From positions 30,871-94,870 of the forward strand of contig JAWANI010000002.1 of NCBI GenBank assembly GCA_038895475.1: a DNA stretch of 64,000 bases. The letters run 5' to 3'. Below are positions 9,803 through 19,472 of this stretch, in pieces. Below the pieces are notes generated by a model. It was not told where the DNA came from and searched no databases. It worked only from the letters and a program-made list of their open reading frames with translations. The stretch comes from Candidatus Woesearchaeota archaeon. Its GTDB lineage: Archaea > Nanobdellota > Nanobdellia > Woesearchaeales > UBA9642. A program made the position numbers and the translations under genes. The first letter of the stretch is position 1. Each line of letters opens with the position of its first letter.

Positions 9803-9826
9803 TTTATCCTCAAATAATTATTTTAA

Positions 9827-10594
9827 TTATTTTTTAAACTTGCCCCTAGTAATTGCCAATGATTCAATATGTTTTTGATTAACCTTTGTTGTATTTAATT
9901 TTAACAATGCTTTTTCTAAAGCGACAATAACATTTATTTTATTTCTTGATTGACCTCTTACTTTTGTCCAAACATCTTTTATTCCTGCAAGTCTTAAAAC
10001 TTTCGCGACCTCTTTTTCAGCTTTCAAACCTGTTCCTTTTGGTGCTGGCTTCAATTCTACAGTCACTGAACTACATTTTCCTGTAACCGCAAAAGGTACT
10101 GAATGAGGCATCTTACATCCACACTGCCAAGAACCACATCCTCTTGATATTTTTAAAATATTTAATTTGGCATTTCTTAATGCTTTCTCTCTTGCAGGAA
10201 CTGTTTCTTTTGCTTTTCCAAAACCTAAACCAACATAACCATCCATGTTGCCTACAACTGCATAAGTCGCAAACTTTGGCTTGTTTCCTTCTCTGGTTTT
10301 CTTTTGTGTTTGTCTAAATACTCTTCTAGAACCGCCGCCAAATTTTCCTTTAGATTGACCTATCATTAACAAATCTGATTCGATATTTGGTAATAACACA
10401 TCAACTATTTCTGGTTCCAAAATTTTTCTTCCTGAATCAACAATTTCATCAATAGTTATTTCTTTTGCCTTTGCCTTTTTTCCTATTTCTGTTTTTGGAA
10501 CCCATTTCTCTACATCTTTTGTTATTGTTATTGTTTCAACAGCCTCTTCTGCTATTGGTTCAATAATTACATCTTCTTTTTCTATCTTAGCCAT
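9827..10594 (-). CDS. rps5: 30S ribosomal protein uS5
   Basis: 255 aa. GYVGLGFGKAKETVPAREKA..KPAPKGTGL. Position in the cluster order fits. N-terminal acidic extension. Confidence 0.9.
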   Translation of the reverse strand: MAKIEKEDVIIEPIAEEAVETITITKDVEKWVPKTEIGKKAKAKEITIDEIVDSGRKILEPEIVDVLLPNIESDLLMIGQSKGKFGGGSRRVFRQTQKKTREGNKPKFATYAVVGNMDGYVGLGFGKAKETVPAREKALRNAKLNILKISRGCGSWQCGCKMPHSVPFAVTGKCSSVTVELKPAPKGTGLKAEKEVAKVLRLAGIKDVWTKVRGQSRNKINVIVALEKALLKLNTTKVNQKHIESLAITRGKFKK

Positions 10595-10595
10595 T

Positions 10596-11084
10596 TTACA
10601 CCGATTTTAATATATTGTTCTTAGTTTTTTCAAACAATAATGAAGTTTCATTGCTTATATGGTTGCCAATTAACCTTTCTTTATTTGGAAAGGCTTCTTC
10701 TGAACAAACAATTTTCATTCCGCCATCTATGGCACCTTTTACTGCGGCAAACAATCTTGATCCTTTTGTAGGGGTTTGCAAACCAATATCTACTATTGCT
10801 GAATCTATATTTTTCTTTAAAGCTCTTTTTGCCAATATTAAACCTGTTAAATATGATGCAGGAATATTTCCTGTGGCTTTATTCCAGCCATATTTTTTTA
10901 ATTCAGAACTGTTTGCAGTAATCAAAATCTTATCACCGTTTTCATTATATTCTGCTATCTGCAATATTATGTTTTTATTTGTCTTTCTAACAATTAACCT
11001 GTCAGAACCGCTCATAAGCAACTTTAATCTCTTCTTATAATCCGTATTTCCTTCCCTTTTCCTTCTATATTTTACAAATCTCAT
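10596..11084 (-). CDS. rpl18: 50S ribosomal protein uL18
   Basis: 162 aa. YRRKREGNTDYKKRLKLL..LIVRKTNKNI. Cluster order fits. Confidence 0.9.
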   Translation of the reverse strand: MRFVKYRRKREGNTDYKKRLKLLMSGSDRLIVRKTNKNIILQIAEYNENGDKILITANSSELKKYGWNKATGNIPASYLTGLILAKRALKKNIDSAIVDIGLQTPTKGSRLFAAVKGAIDGGMKIVCSEEAFPNKERLIGNHISNETSLLFEKTKNNILKSV

Positions 11085-11101
11085 TTTAATCAGTTATTTT
11101 A

Positions 11102-11551
11102 TTATTTTAAAAGCATATCCTTATGTTCATCTAAATATACTTGTATGTGTCTTTTGCTTCTGAAGTATCCCCCTTTGGATTTTAAATATAATTCTCTATA
11201 CGCATTTCTAGTTATTATTTTTTTATCGACCAATTCTTTTAAAAACCTTCTTTGGACCCTTATTTTTTTCATCCATTGTTCTTTAAAATTAACTCTTGCA
11301 TTTAAACTTCCTTTTCTGCTTCCTTCTCCCTTTCTTCTTCCTTTTCTTTTTTGTTCTTTTAGTTTTCTAACCCTTACTTTAGATGTTGAATTTTCTGGCT
11401 TTCTCTTTATTGCACCATCTCCTATTAATAATCTAATATCATGTTTTGTTATTGCCTGTTTTATGTCTTCTAGTCTGTCTGCATCAAACCAAACTCTTTT
11501 TTGAGAGCAATTGAGTATTTGTGATGCTAGTCTTTTTTGAACTCTTAACAT
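11102..11551 (-). CDS. rpl19e: 50S ribosomal protein eL19
   Basis: 149 aa. LRVQKRLASQILNCSQKRVWFD..RKGRRKGEGSRKG. Confidence 0.9.
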   Translation of the reverse strand: MLRVQKRLASQILNCSQKRVWFDADRLEDIKQAITKHDIRLLIGDGAIKRKPENSTSKVRVRKLKEQKRKGRRKGEGSRKGSLNARVNFKEQWMKKIRVQRRFLKELVDKKIITRNAYRELYLKSKGGYFRSKRHIQVYLDEHKDMLLK

Positions 11552-11567
11552 TTTGCACCTTATAGCA

Positions 11568-12146
11568 TTATGATTTATGTATCAATACTTCGTCTTTTTC
11601 TTTCTTTTCAAGTTCCTTCTTTTCTTCCTCTGTTTCTTTTTCAGCGGATTCTTTCTTCTTTTCTGCTTTCTTTACTGATTCTTCCAAAGTTTTCTTTTTC
11701 TTTTCTGCCTTCTCCTTTTTCTCTTCTGATTTTTTTTTCTTTAATAACTCCAACTTTTTACTTGTTTTTTCAATATCATTATTAATAACTGTTAATCCTA
11801 ACTCTTTTGCTTTTTCTAAAATCTGTATTTTCTTCCTTAAACCGAGCGTAGATGATAAAATTATTGCTTTATCCTTTACTTTGTTTAATTCAGACACATT
11901 ATTAATTATAACAAACTCTAATCCTTTTCCATGATATCCTCTTACCTCAACAGGACTTCTCCAACCTTGTTTAACTCTTCTCCTGTAGCCTTTAAATTGA
12001 TGTCTCATCTTGCTCTGCAAGCCTGTTGGTCTCTTCCATTTTTTTGACAATCTTTTCTTTTTATGATAATCTTGCTGCACAAATACAGGTTTTTTTGATT
12101 TTATTTTTTTTCTGACTTCGAGCAATTTTTTTATTTCCGTTTTCAT
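11568..12146 (-). CDS. rpl32e: 50S ribosomal protein eL32 with K/E-rich C-terminal tail
   Basis: 192 aa. The core is KKWKRPTGLQSKMRHQFKGYRRRVKQGWRSP. The last 60 aa or so are low-complexity K/E repeats. Confidence 0.88.
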   Translation of the reverse strand: MKTEIKKLLEVRKKIKSKKPVFVQQDYHKKKRLSKKWKRPTGLQSKMRHQFKGYRRRVKQGWRSPVEVRGYHGKGLEFVIINNVSELNKVKDKAIILSSTLGLRKKIQILEKAKELGLTVINNDIEKTSKKLELLKKKKSEEKKEKAEKKKKTLEESVKKAEKKKESAEKETEEEKKELEKKEKDEVLIHKS

Positions 12147-12170
12147 GTTAAATCACTTGTCTAAACATAT

Positions 12171-12728
12171 TTATTTTAATTCTACACCATCCTTCATAGT
12201 TATATATATTCCATCTTGAAATATCCTTCTATCAAAATTAGCCCTCTTACATAATTGTTCTATTGCTGCAGCAGTTTGAGATACCAATTCTTTATCTGGT
12301 CCTGTAACAATTATTTCTGGTTCTTTAACTTCTACTTTAACACCGGGTTTTATTTCTAATGTTCTGGGAACTGTTTCTCCCATAAAATTCTTAACCTCTA
12401 AAATATTGCCTTTCAAAGACACTTTCATCGGAAAGTGTCCTGAACATATTTTTAATTTATACATTGAGCCTTCAAGTACTCCTTTGAACATATTTTTTAA
12501 ATGGGCTTCTGTTGTAAATATTGCTGTCTTTTCTTTTTTTGTTGGTTTCATAACACTAAACAATACTTTATCATTGTCTGATTTTAATGATATTTTTTTG
12601 AACAAAAAATTCCTTTTCACTTCCCCCTTAGGACCTTTTACTATTATCACATTATTATCTATGTTAACTGATACTCCCTCAGGGATTTTTAATGAATATT
12701 CCATTTTTTCTTGTTTCATTTTTATCAA
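12171..12728 (-). CDS. rpl6: 50S ribosomal protein uL6
   Basis: 185 aa. IPEGVSVNIDNNVIIVKGPKGEV. Cluster order fits. Confidence 0.9.
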   Translation of the reverse strand: MIKMKQEKMEYSLKIPEGVSVNIDNNVIIVKGPKGEVKRNFLFKKISLKSDNDKVLFSVMKPTKKEKTAIFTTEAHLKNMFKGVLEGSMYKLKICSGHFPMKVSLKGNILEVKNFMGETVPRTLEIKPGVKVEVKEPEIIVTGPDKELVSQTAAAIEQLCKRANFDRRIFQDGIYITMKDGVELK

Positions 12729-12747
12729 TTCTTTTTAATCAAAAATT

Positions 12748-13137
12748 TTAGTAGCAATAACATATTAATCTTCCGCCAAGACCTTTTTCTTTTGCTTCAT
12801 TATGGGTCATCATTCCTTTTGATGTTGATACTATTAATATACCAAAATCTTTTGCTGGAAGATACCTTTTTTCATATTTTTCATAATCTGTTTTCTTAAC
12901 GTTAAACCTTGGTTTTATAACGCCTATCTTATTTATGTTTCCTAAAAGAGATATTTTTAATAATTTAGATTTACCTGCATCAACTTCAGTATATGTTCCT
13001 AAATAATTATGCTTGTTTAAAATATCCAAAACAGTTCTTATAACCTTTGAATTATTCTCTACCAATATCTCTTTTCTTCCTAATCGTTCATGATTGTTTA
13101 TGTATGATAAAACGTTTGCTAATGGATCATTTAACAT
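12748..13137 (-). CDS. rps8: 30S ribosomal protein uS8
   Basis: 129 aa. MLNDPLANVLSYINNHERLGRKE...GGRLICYCY. Confidence 0.9.
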   Translation of the reverse strand: MLNDPLANVLSYINNHERLGRKEILVENNSKVIRTVLDILNKHNYLGTYTEVDAGKSKLLKISLLGNINKIGVIKPRFNVKKTDYEKYEKRYLPAKDFGILIVSTSKGMMTHNEAKEKGLGGRLICYCY

Positions 13138-13169
13138 TTTGCACCTTTGTATTTTTCAAATCATAAAAA

Positions 13170-13400
13170 TTAATTATATTTTTTAAAACCTATTTTATTT
13201 GCTATCTCCCTAAAACATTGCCTGCAAAGATGTAGACCATACTTGCTTATATGTCCACCCGTTCTTCCACACCTACTGCATTTCTTATTTAAAGCACCGC
13301 CAACTCTTTTCTTAGGAACGGAGTATTTGGCATGCTTGGCAAGTTTGCCGGGTTTATTTTGCAATTGTACTAATACTTTTGCGTGATCCGTATAAGTCAT
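13170..13400 (-). CDS. rps14: 30S ribosomal protein uS14 (zinc type)
   Basis: 76 aa. [25 protein letters not shown]. Confidence 0.88.
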   Translation of the reverse strand: MTYTDHAKVLVQLQNKPGKLAKHAKYSVPKKRVGGALNKKCSRCGRTGGHISKYGLHLCRQCFREIANKIGFKKYN

Positions 13401-13402
13401 TT

Positions 13403-13924
13403 TTATTCCTCATTAATCTTTAATCCAAAATTTTTAATCATAAAATCTATTGCTTCCTCTCTTGATATTTTGTGCTTTTTAGGAATTTTTCTTTTAAGTA
13501 ACTTTCTGTCTTTAATCCTAAAACCAGGTCTTTTTAATGTTATTGTGGCTTGTAAACCCATACTCCCTATTTCAGGATCATATTTTGCATCTTTTACATC
13601 AATGTATTCTTTTATTCCGAATGATATATTTCCATGATCGTCAAAATTATTTCTTCCTAATTTCATATCTGTTGCAAACAAAACTCTTGGAATCATTTCT
13701 AAAGCCTTTGAACCTCTTAGTGTAAGCTTACATCCTATAGGCAACCCAGGTCTTAAACCCCATGCAGCTATTCTTTTATCAGTTTTAGTTCTTACTGGTG
13801 CAATGCCTGTTAATTTTTTTAACAATTTTTCTGCCTTCTCTAATTTAACTTGGTCTTTGCCTACACCAATATTTAGCGTTAATTTGTCAACAATTATTTT
13901 TCTCATTATATTTTCATCCTTCAT
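13403..13924 (-). CDS. rpl5: 50S ribosomal protein uL5
   Basis: 173 aa. [40 protein letters not shown]. Confidence 0.9.
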   Translation of the reverse strand: MKDENIMRKIIVDKLTLNIGVGKDQVKLEKAEKLLKKLTGIAPVRTKTDKRIAAWGLRPGLPIGCKLTLRGSKALEMIPRVLFATDMKLGRNNFDDHGNISFGIKEYIDVKDAKYDPEIGSMGLQATITLKRPGFRIKDRKLLKRKIPKKHKISREEAIDFMIKNFGLKINEE

Positions 13925-13935
13925 TTTAATACAAC

Positions 13936-14616
13936 TTATGATGTTATTTTTATCAATGGCTTATTTTTACCTATTACTAATAGGTAATCTTTTTTTGTCT
14001 GGAAGGATAAATCTCCCTCACTTATTGTTACTAAACTTCCCATCATGTCTTTCAAAACACCAATCTTACCTACATGTTTACCTTTGTACAATAATACCAA
14101 TGCGCCTTTTTCTAGAGGAATATGTTCTTTTATTATCTTTTCTTTTAAAGTTACTAATAATGAATCCCCGACCTTATAGTGCTGTTTTTCAAAAAAAACA
14201 TTCATGCCATTAAACAAATTCAATTGAAGTTTTCCTTTAACATATGATTTTCCTATTATTTTTGCAATTACAAGATCTGATTCCTCATCGGGAACATTAA
14301 TTAATTTTAGGATTCCGTCTTTTCCAATAATTAACCTATAATTGATGTTGTTTATCGTAACAACATCTTCAAAACAAACAGGATACTTGTAATCTCTTAC
14401 TGCCTTATGATTTACAAAAACATTCTTGTTTTGTAAAAGATTCTTTACTTCTTTTGTATTTGTTGCAACCTTTAAATCATATTTTAAAATATTTGATATC
14501 GGAATTGTTAATAATTTATTCATTCCGCCAGGATTGCTTCTGGTTATGAATTTAATTCCCTTGCGCTTAACCTTCCAAGTCTTAGGCGCGTTTATTCTTT
14601 TAAGATGTCTTTTCAT
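13936..14616 (-). CDS. rps4e: 30S ribosomal protein eS4
   Basis: 226 aa. MKRHLKRINAPKTWKVKRKG. Cluster order fits. Confidence 0.9.
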   Translation of the reverse strand: MKRHLKRINAPKTWKVKRKGIKFITRSNPGGMNKLLTIPISNILKYDLKVATNTKEVKNLLQNKNVFVNHKAVRDYKYPVCFEDVVTINNINYRLIIGKDGILKLINVPDEESDLVIAKIIGKSYVKGKLQLNLFNGMNVFFEKQHYKVGDSLLVTLKEKIIKEHIPLEKGALVLLYKGKHVGKIGVLKDMMGSLVTISEGDLSFQTKKDYLLVIGKNKPLIKITS

Positions 14617-15041
14617 TTTTTCTCCTTGCCATCTTTTTTATCATCCTTGTTTTTTGTTGCTTTTTCTTTTGTATTTTTATTCTTGAAACGTTTTTTTTCT
14701 TCAGCCAATTCTATTAACATAACATTTGAAGGCTGTATAGGATATCTTGCTTTTGTTCCGTCTCTCTTTATATGTTCTATTTTTGAAACATAAATAATTG
14801 ATTTTTTTACATCGACCTCTTCAACTTTTCCTTCCTGTTTTTTAAATTGTCCTCTTAATATTCTTACTTTATCACCCACTCTTATTCTTAATGACCTTTT
14901 ATTGTATTTTTTTCTTAATTCTTTTGACAAATGTGCATTAAGGAATTTTCCCTTAATATGTAATGGTGCATTGAAACGAAACTTTCTTTGCTTATTTGGT
15001 TTTTTACTCGAATTCCATTTTTTTGAAAATTTATTTTTCAT
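14613..15041 (-). CDS. rpl24: 50S ribosomal protein uL24 with K-rich tail
   Basis: 142 aa. KOW region IRVGDKVRILRGQFKKQEGKVEEV. Its stop overlaps the S4e start by 4 nt. Confidence 0.88.
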   Translation of the reverse strand: MKNKFSKKWNSSKKPNKQRKFRFNAPLHIKGKFLNAHLSKELRKKYNKRSLRIRVGDKVRILRGQFKKQEGKVEEVDVKKSIIYVSKIEHIKRDGTKARYPIQPSNVMLIELAEEKKRFKNKNTKEKATKNKDDKKDGKEKK

Positions 15042-15065
15042 AAAAACCTCTATTATCTATATTTT

Positions 15066-15467
15066 TTATACAATCATACTGGCTATTTTTGCAACTGCAG
15101 GCCATCTGTCTGCAACTTCTTTTGCAATAGGGCCCTTAAATATAGTTCCCTTAGGATTTCCTTTATTATCTTTCAGTATTACTATTGCATTATCCTCAAA
15201 CTTTATTCTCATACCATTAACTCTTCTATACTCTTTTTTTTGTCTGACAACTATTCCAAAGACCACTTGTTTTCTCATTTCAGGTTTTCCTTTTTTAACT
15301 GAACACATCACTAAATCTGCCACTCCTGCAGCAGGTTTTTTACCTTTTCTTGTCTTATGACCTATTACTGCAAATATCTTGACTATTTTTGCACCTGAAT
15401 TATCACAAGTTTCTACATAACTGCCTACAGGCAATGATTTTGTAATTTTTGCTTTTAATCCCTTCAT
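15066..15467 (-). CDS. rpl14: 50S ribosomal protein uL14
   Basis: 133 aa. CDNSGAKIVKIFAV..VVRQKKEYRR. Confidence 0.9.
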   Translation of the reverse strand: MKGLKAKITKSLPVGSYVETCDNSGAKIVKIFAVIGHKTRKGKKPAAGVADLVMCSVKKGKPEMRKQVVFGIVVRQKKEYRRVNGMRIKFEDNAIVILKDNKGNPKGTIFKGPIAKEVADRWPAVAKIASMIV

Positions 15468-15516
15468 TTTAATCTTATATTGTATCTCGTATTTTAATAT
15501 TAAATTTGCTTTTCAA

Positions 15517-15867
15517 TTAATCCTGACTTCTCTTAACTATTTCTATTATAACAAAATTTTTTGTTTTGCTAATAGGTCTTGTCTCTGCAATTCTGACGGT
15601 ATCTCCTGTTTTTGCATTTATTGATTCAGGATTATGTGCTTTAACACGCGTTCTTCTTACCTCAAAACGCTCATATTTTCTATTGTATTTTCTCCTAGGC
15701 CATTCTACAACAGCTGTTTTCATCATTTTATCACTTACAACAACTCCTGTAAAAATTCTACCTCTTAACCTGATGTTTCCGAAATAAGGATCATTTTTAT
15801 CTTTTGAATTTGGAACTATTTCAGGCTTTTTTGTATTTATCCCGATGTTTCTAATTTTTTTGTTCAT
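15517..15867 (-). CDS. rps17: 30S ribosomal protein uS17
   Basis: 116 aa. GVVVSDKMMKTAVVEW..HNPESINAKTGDTVRIAETRPISKTK. Confidence 0.9.
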   Translation of the reverse strand: MNKKIRNIGINTKKPEIVPNSKDKNDPYFGNIRLRGRIFTGVVVSDKMMKTAVVEWPRRKYNRKYERFEVRRTRVKAHNPESINAKTGDTVRIAETRPISKTKNFVIIEIVKRSQD

Positions 15868-15912
15868 TTTTCAACCTATAATTTTATAATTAAATGCTTT
15901 TATGACAAAATA

Positions 15913-16167
15913 TTATTTTAATTTTATACGCTCCACCGATGTCTTCATTATTTTTGATCCTTCGAATATCTTTTTTCCTATCATAAAAGTATTACCTGGT
16001 TTTAATACTATTTTGAATTCTCTAAAGGATCCTTTGTTAACTAAAATCTTAAAAGTGTTTCTTGTTTCATCAACTATTTTTCCTTTTAAACCTAATAATT
16101 GTTTGCTTCTGGACTTTACAATTTCGGCTTCCTTACCGATAAATCCATCTCTTGATGTGATATTCAT
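15913..16167 (-). CDS. rnp1: RNase P protein component 1 (Rpp29/Pop4 homologue)
   Basis: 84 aa. LLGLKGKIVDETRNTFKI. Canonical archaeal position between L29/SUI1 and S17. Confidence 0.75.
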   Translation of the reverse strand: MNITSRDGFIGKEAEIVKSRSKQLLGLKGKIVDETRNTFKILVNKGSFREFKIVLKPGNTFMIGKKIFEGSKIMKTSVERIKLK

Positions 16168-16196
16168 ATTTAACCTCTCACCATTGAACTTTGTAT

Positions 16197-16547
16197 TTAT
16201 TTTAATTCAATTTTTTCAGGCGCAAACCCCATTTCTATAAGTGCTTCCTGTACTTTTACCAAATGACTCCCTTGCAGTTCTATTAATCCTTCCTTGGCAG
16301 TTCCGCCGCATGCTAATTTGTTTTTTAATTTTTTAGCCAGATCCTTAATATCGATTTCGTTAGTATCGATACCCTCTATTACTGTGTATTGTTTTCCAAA
16401 TTTCTTCTTCACTATTTTTACAATTATTTTCTGGCTCTCTTTTGCTATTTGTTCACAAACACAAAGTTCTTTTGGTAATCCACATACATTACATATATTG
16501 GTCATTTGATTTTTTACCTTTTTAATGACTCCTATATTTTTTTTCAA
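16197..16547 (-). CDS. translation factor SUI1/aIF1 homologue
   Basis: CGGTAKEGLIELQGSH and an N-terminal CNVCGLPKELCVC knuckle. The likely true start is the internal ATG at 16505 (MTNICNVCG), which removes the 26-nt overlap with L29. Confidence 0.85.
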   Translation of the reverse strand: MKKNIGVIKKVKNQMTNICNVCGLPKELCVCEQIAKESQKIIVKIVKKKFGKQYTVIEGIDTNEIDIKDLAKKLKNKLACGGTAKEGLIELQGSHLVKVQEALIEMGFAPEKIELK

Positions 16548-16776
16548 TATTTTTTTTACGTTCTAAATCTAATTCTTTTAATTCCTTATGAAATTTTTCC
16601 ATTCTTAAAGTCTCATATCTTGCTATATTTTTCTTTAACTCTCTTATTTGCTTCGGACTTTTTGGGGTTGTTCCTGTTGCTACTTGAGCATCTAATTTCA
16701 TTAACTCAACTTTCATATCCTTTATCTTTTTCTCAAGCTCCTCTGCACTTAGCTTAGATAATTCTTTATATTTCAT
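16522..16776 (-). CDS. rpl29: 50S ribosomal protein uL29
   Basis: 84 aa. LSAEELEKKIKDMKVELMKL..IRELKKNIARYETL. Confidence 0.88.
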   Translation of the reverse strand: MKYKELSKLSAEELEKKIKDMKVELMKLDAQVATGTTPKSPKQIRELKKNIARYETLRMEKFHKELKELDLERKKNIEKKYRSH

Positions 16777-17543
16777 TTTTCACTCTTGCTCTTTCGTGAA
16801 GTTTTCTTCTTAACAACCCTTTTCTTAACTGGTTTTTTATCTTTATGCACATTCTTGTCTGAACTCTCTTTTTTCTCTTCTTTCTCTTCTTCTAATGTCT
16901 TTTCAGTCAATATTTCTGTCTTGTTTGTTGTTGTGTCTTGAACTGTTGCTTCCGAATATTTTATATCGTCTGGGAGTATTGTTGTTGAAGGCATTATTCT
17001 GACTTGAACACCTATTATTCCTGTTTTTAATTTGGCCTGTGCATATGCAACCTTTACACCTGAAACAGCAACATCACCAGATTTTTTAAGATAACCCATA
17101 TAAAAACGCCATGTTTTTGCTCTTGATGAAGGCACCTTTCCTGATATTAATATTTCTACACCTCTGGCGCCTGCATTCATTATATCAGACATTGCCTTAT
17201 GACCTATGCCTTTAAATTTTGAAGTTCCAAATCTTTCTAACGAATTCGCTATTGATTCAGCCATAATATTTGCATCTAATAAAGGATTTTCTGCCTCCAC
17301 TAATTCTATTTGTGGATTGTCTAATTGAAATCTGTTTTTTAAATCTCTTGTTAATTTTGTTATATTTGAACCTGATTTTCCGACTATTATTCCTGGTCTT
17401 GAAGCACAAACTAGTATTTTTTCACCTAATGGTGTTCTTTGCAGTTTAATATATGCAATTCCTGCTTTTCCTAATATGCTGCGCATGTATTCTTCTATTT
17501 GATATTCTTTTAAATTCTCTGCAACAAACTTCCTTTCTATCAT
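16773..17543 (-). CDS. rps3: 30S ribosomal protein uS3 with K-rich tail
   Basis: 256 aa. KH domain IIVGKSGSNITKL and GARGVEILISGK. 4-nt overlaps with L22 and L29. Confidence 0.9.
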   Translation of the reverse strand: MIERKFVAENLKEYQIEEYMRSILGKAGIAYIKLQRTPLGEKILVCASRPGIIVGKSGSNITKLTRDLKNRFQLDNPQIELVEAENPLLDANIMAESIANSLERFGTSKFKGIGHKAMSDIMNAGARGVEILISGKVPSSRAKTWRFYMGYLKKSGDVAVSGVKVAYAQAKLKTGIIGVQVRIMPSTTILPDDIKYSEATVQDTTTNKTEILTEKTLEEEKEEKKESSDKNVHKDKKPVKKRVVKKKTSRKSKSEK

Positions 17544-18010
17544 TTATTCACCTTTTTTGTTGATTTTTCTTTACTCAAATCCTTGATCTCTTCTAAACCA
17601 ACTTCTAAATGTGTATTTTTAAATACGGATCTTCTTTTTCTTCCATAATGCCATTGCTTGCCTGCTTTTTGAGCGACGGCATAAGATAATTTTAAATCTG
17701 CAACTGATAAGCCCTTGTTTCTTGCATTTGCTTCTGCAGCAGCCAACACTTTCAATATTTCGCCGCAGGCTTTTTCATAATATCTCCCTGAAGCAATGCC
17801 TGCTTTATGACCTACACCATCTGTAAATCTTTTTACTGGTATTGGTTTTTTCTTATCAATACTTAATTGTAATAATCTTTTTGCCTGCGCCAATGGTCTT
17901 CCCCTGATATAATTAAATATTTCTATTGCATGTTTTGTTGATATATGTATGTCTCTGGCTGAAGCCCTCGCCATATTTTCCTTCATTTGAAATGAGTATT
18001 GTCTCTTCAT
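17540..18010 (-). CDS. rpl22: 50S ribosomal protein uL22
   Basis: 156 aa. ISTKHAIEIFNYIRGRPLAQAKRLL. Confidence 0.9.
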   Translation of the reverse strand: MKRQYSFQMKENMARASARDIHISTKHAIEIFNYIRGRPLAQAKRLLQLSIDKKKPIPVKRFTDGVGHKAGIASGRYYEKACGEILKVLAAAEANARNKGLSVADLKLSYAVAQKAGKQWHYGRKRRSVFKNTHLEVGLEEIKDLSKEKSTKKVNK

Positions 18011-18034
18011 TTTTAAAACATAATTTTATTTTTA

Positions 18035-18415
18035 TTATTTTTTACCCTGATTTGCTGATGATTTTGATGCGCCTACACCAGGACTGTTATGGGTGACTCT
18101 TTTCCTTGTTAATACTAATTCTCCAAAGTATAAGCCTATCATTTCCTGCTGTATCAATACTGGTTCAAAAGATTTTCCGTTATGTATTCTTATTGTTTTG
18201 CCTACAAATTGGGGCAGAACTATCATATCCCTTGCATGTGTCTTTATTGAATCTTTGCTCTTTAATTTTAATATTATCTTCTTTTTAACATCATCAAATC
18301 CTCTTAGCAAAGATCTTCTCTGCCTGGAAGGTAATAATTCTGCAAATTCTTTTACGGACATTGATTGCAATTCTTCTAATGTTTTGCCCCTATAAGTGTA
18401 TACTTTTTTTGCCAT
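18035..18415 (-). CDS. rps19: 30S ribosomal protein uS19
   Basis: 126 aa. [34 protein letters not shown]. Confidence 0.9.
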   Translation of the reverse strand: MAKKVYTYRGKTLEELQSMSVKEFAELLPSRQRRSLLRGFDDVKKKIILKLKSKDSIKTHARDMIVLPQFVGKTIRIHNGKSFEPVLIQQEMIGLYFGELVLTRKRVTHNSPGVGASKSSANQGKK

Positions 18416-18424
18416 TTTCTGAAA

Positions 18425-19150
18425 TTAAACCTCTAAATTCTTTTTACCTTTTGATTGTCCTGTTCTTCTCGGTCTTAAATAACCAACTTTTCTTCCTGGA
18501 GGAGCATTTTTTGGAACAGGTCTTGCTTTGCTTTTTCTTGATGTTCTCTTATTTCCGAATGGATGATCAACTGCATTTTGTGCTGATCCAGACATTAACG
18601 GATATCTCTTTTTTCTTGCTCTTCTATAATGATATTTCTTGCCTGCTTTAAGGAATGGTTTTTCTTTTCTTCCGGAACCTGCAGGTATTCCTATTGTTGC
18701 TCTACAATTTATATTAAATGTTTTTATCTTCTTTGACGGAAGTAAAACCTGAACATATTTGTCTGTTTTTGAAACTATTTTTGCAAAACTTCCTGTTGTT
18801 CTACAAAACTTTCCGCCATCTCCAGGGACTCCTTCAATATTAAAAATAAGTGTTCCTTCAGGTATGTCTTTTAATAATAAACTGTTTCCTAATTCTAACG
18901 GGGCATTGTTGCCTATCAATAATTTTTGACCCACAAACACTCCTTCTGGTGCTATAAGCAAACCTGTTGAACCATCATCATATTTTACTTGTAATAAAGG
19001 AGTTGAATGACCCTGACATTTCAATATATCCAATACTTCAGCTGAATTAATTCCGTGTTTTAATCTTGCTTCTCCTAAATATCTAAAACTTGGCGCAGTA
19101 AAACTTGGACCGCCTTTTCCTCTTGCCTGTTGAGTTAAATTTTTACCCAT
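18425..19150 (-). CDS. rpl2: 50S ribosomal protein uL2
   Basis: 241 aa. GTLIFNIEGVPGDGGKFCRTTGSFA..SGSAQNAVDHPFG. Confidence 0.92.
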   Translation of the reverse strand: MGKNLTQQARGKGGPSFTAPSFRYLGEARLKHGINSAEVLDILKCQGHSTPLLQVKYDDGSTGLLIAPEGVFVGQKLLIGNNAPLELGNSLLLKDIPEGTLIFNIEGVPGDGGKFCRTTGSFAKIVSKTDKYVQVLLPSKKIKTFNINCRATIGIPAGSGRKEKPFLKAGKKYHYRRARKKRYPLMSGSAQNAVDHPFGNKRTSRKSKARPVPKNAPPGRKVGYLRPRRTGQSKGKKNLEV

Positions 19151-19178
19151 TTTACTCTCTTTATTGTTATTTTAATAT

Positions 19179-19430
19179 TTATACTAATCCTAGTTTTGTA
19201 GCAACATCGATTGCAGGTGTTTCATTGCTGAATTTTACATATGCTCTCTTCTTTGCATCGCTCCCTATTCTAGTGTTTACACGCACAATTTTAACATTGA
19301 AAAAATCTTCTATATACTTTTTTATCGCATCTTTTGTTGCGTGTTTATCTACTTCAAATATCAATATATTCTGGGATTCCATTAATCTTATTGATTTTTC
19401 AGTTGATAAAGGGTTTTTTACAATTTGCAT
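19179..19430 (-). CDS. rpl23: 50S ribosomal protein uL23
   Basis: 83 aa. PLSTEKSIRLMESQNILIFEVDKHATKDAIKKYIEDFFNVKI. Confidence 0.9.
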   Translation of the reverse strand: MQIVKNPLSTEKSIRLMESQNILIFEVDKHATKDAIKKYIEDFFNVKIVRVNTRIGSDAKKRAYVKFSNETPAIDVATKLGLV

Positions 19431-19472
19431 TTTTACACCATTTTTAATATTTATAATTACAAATGTATAAAA

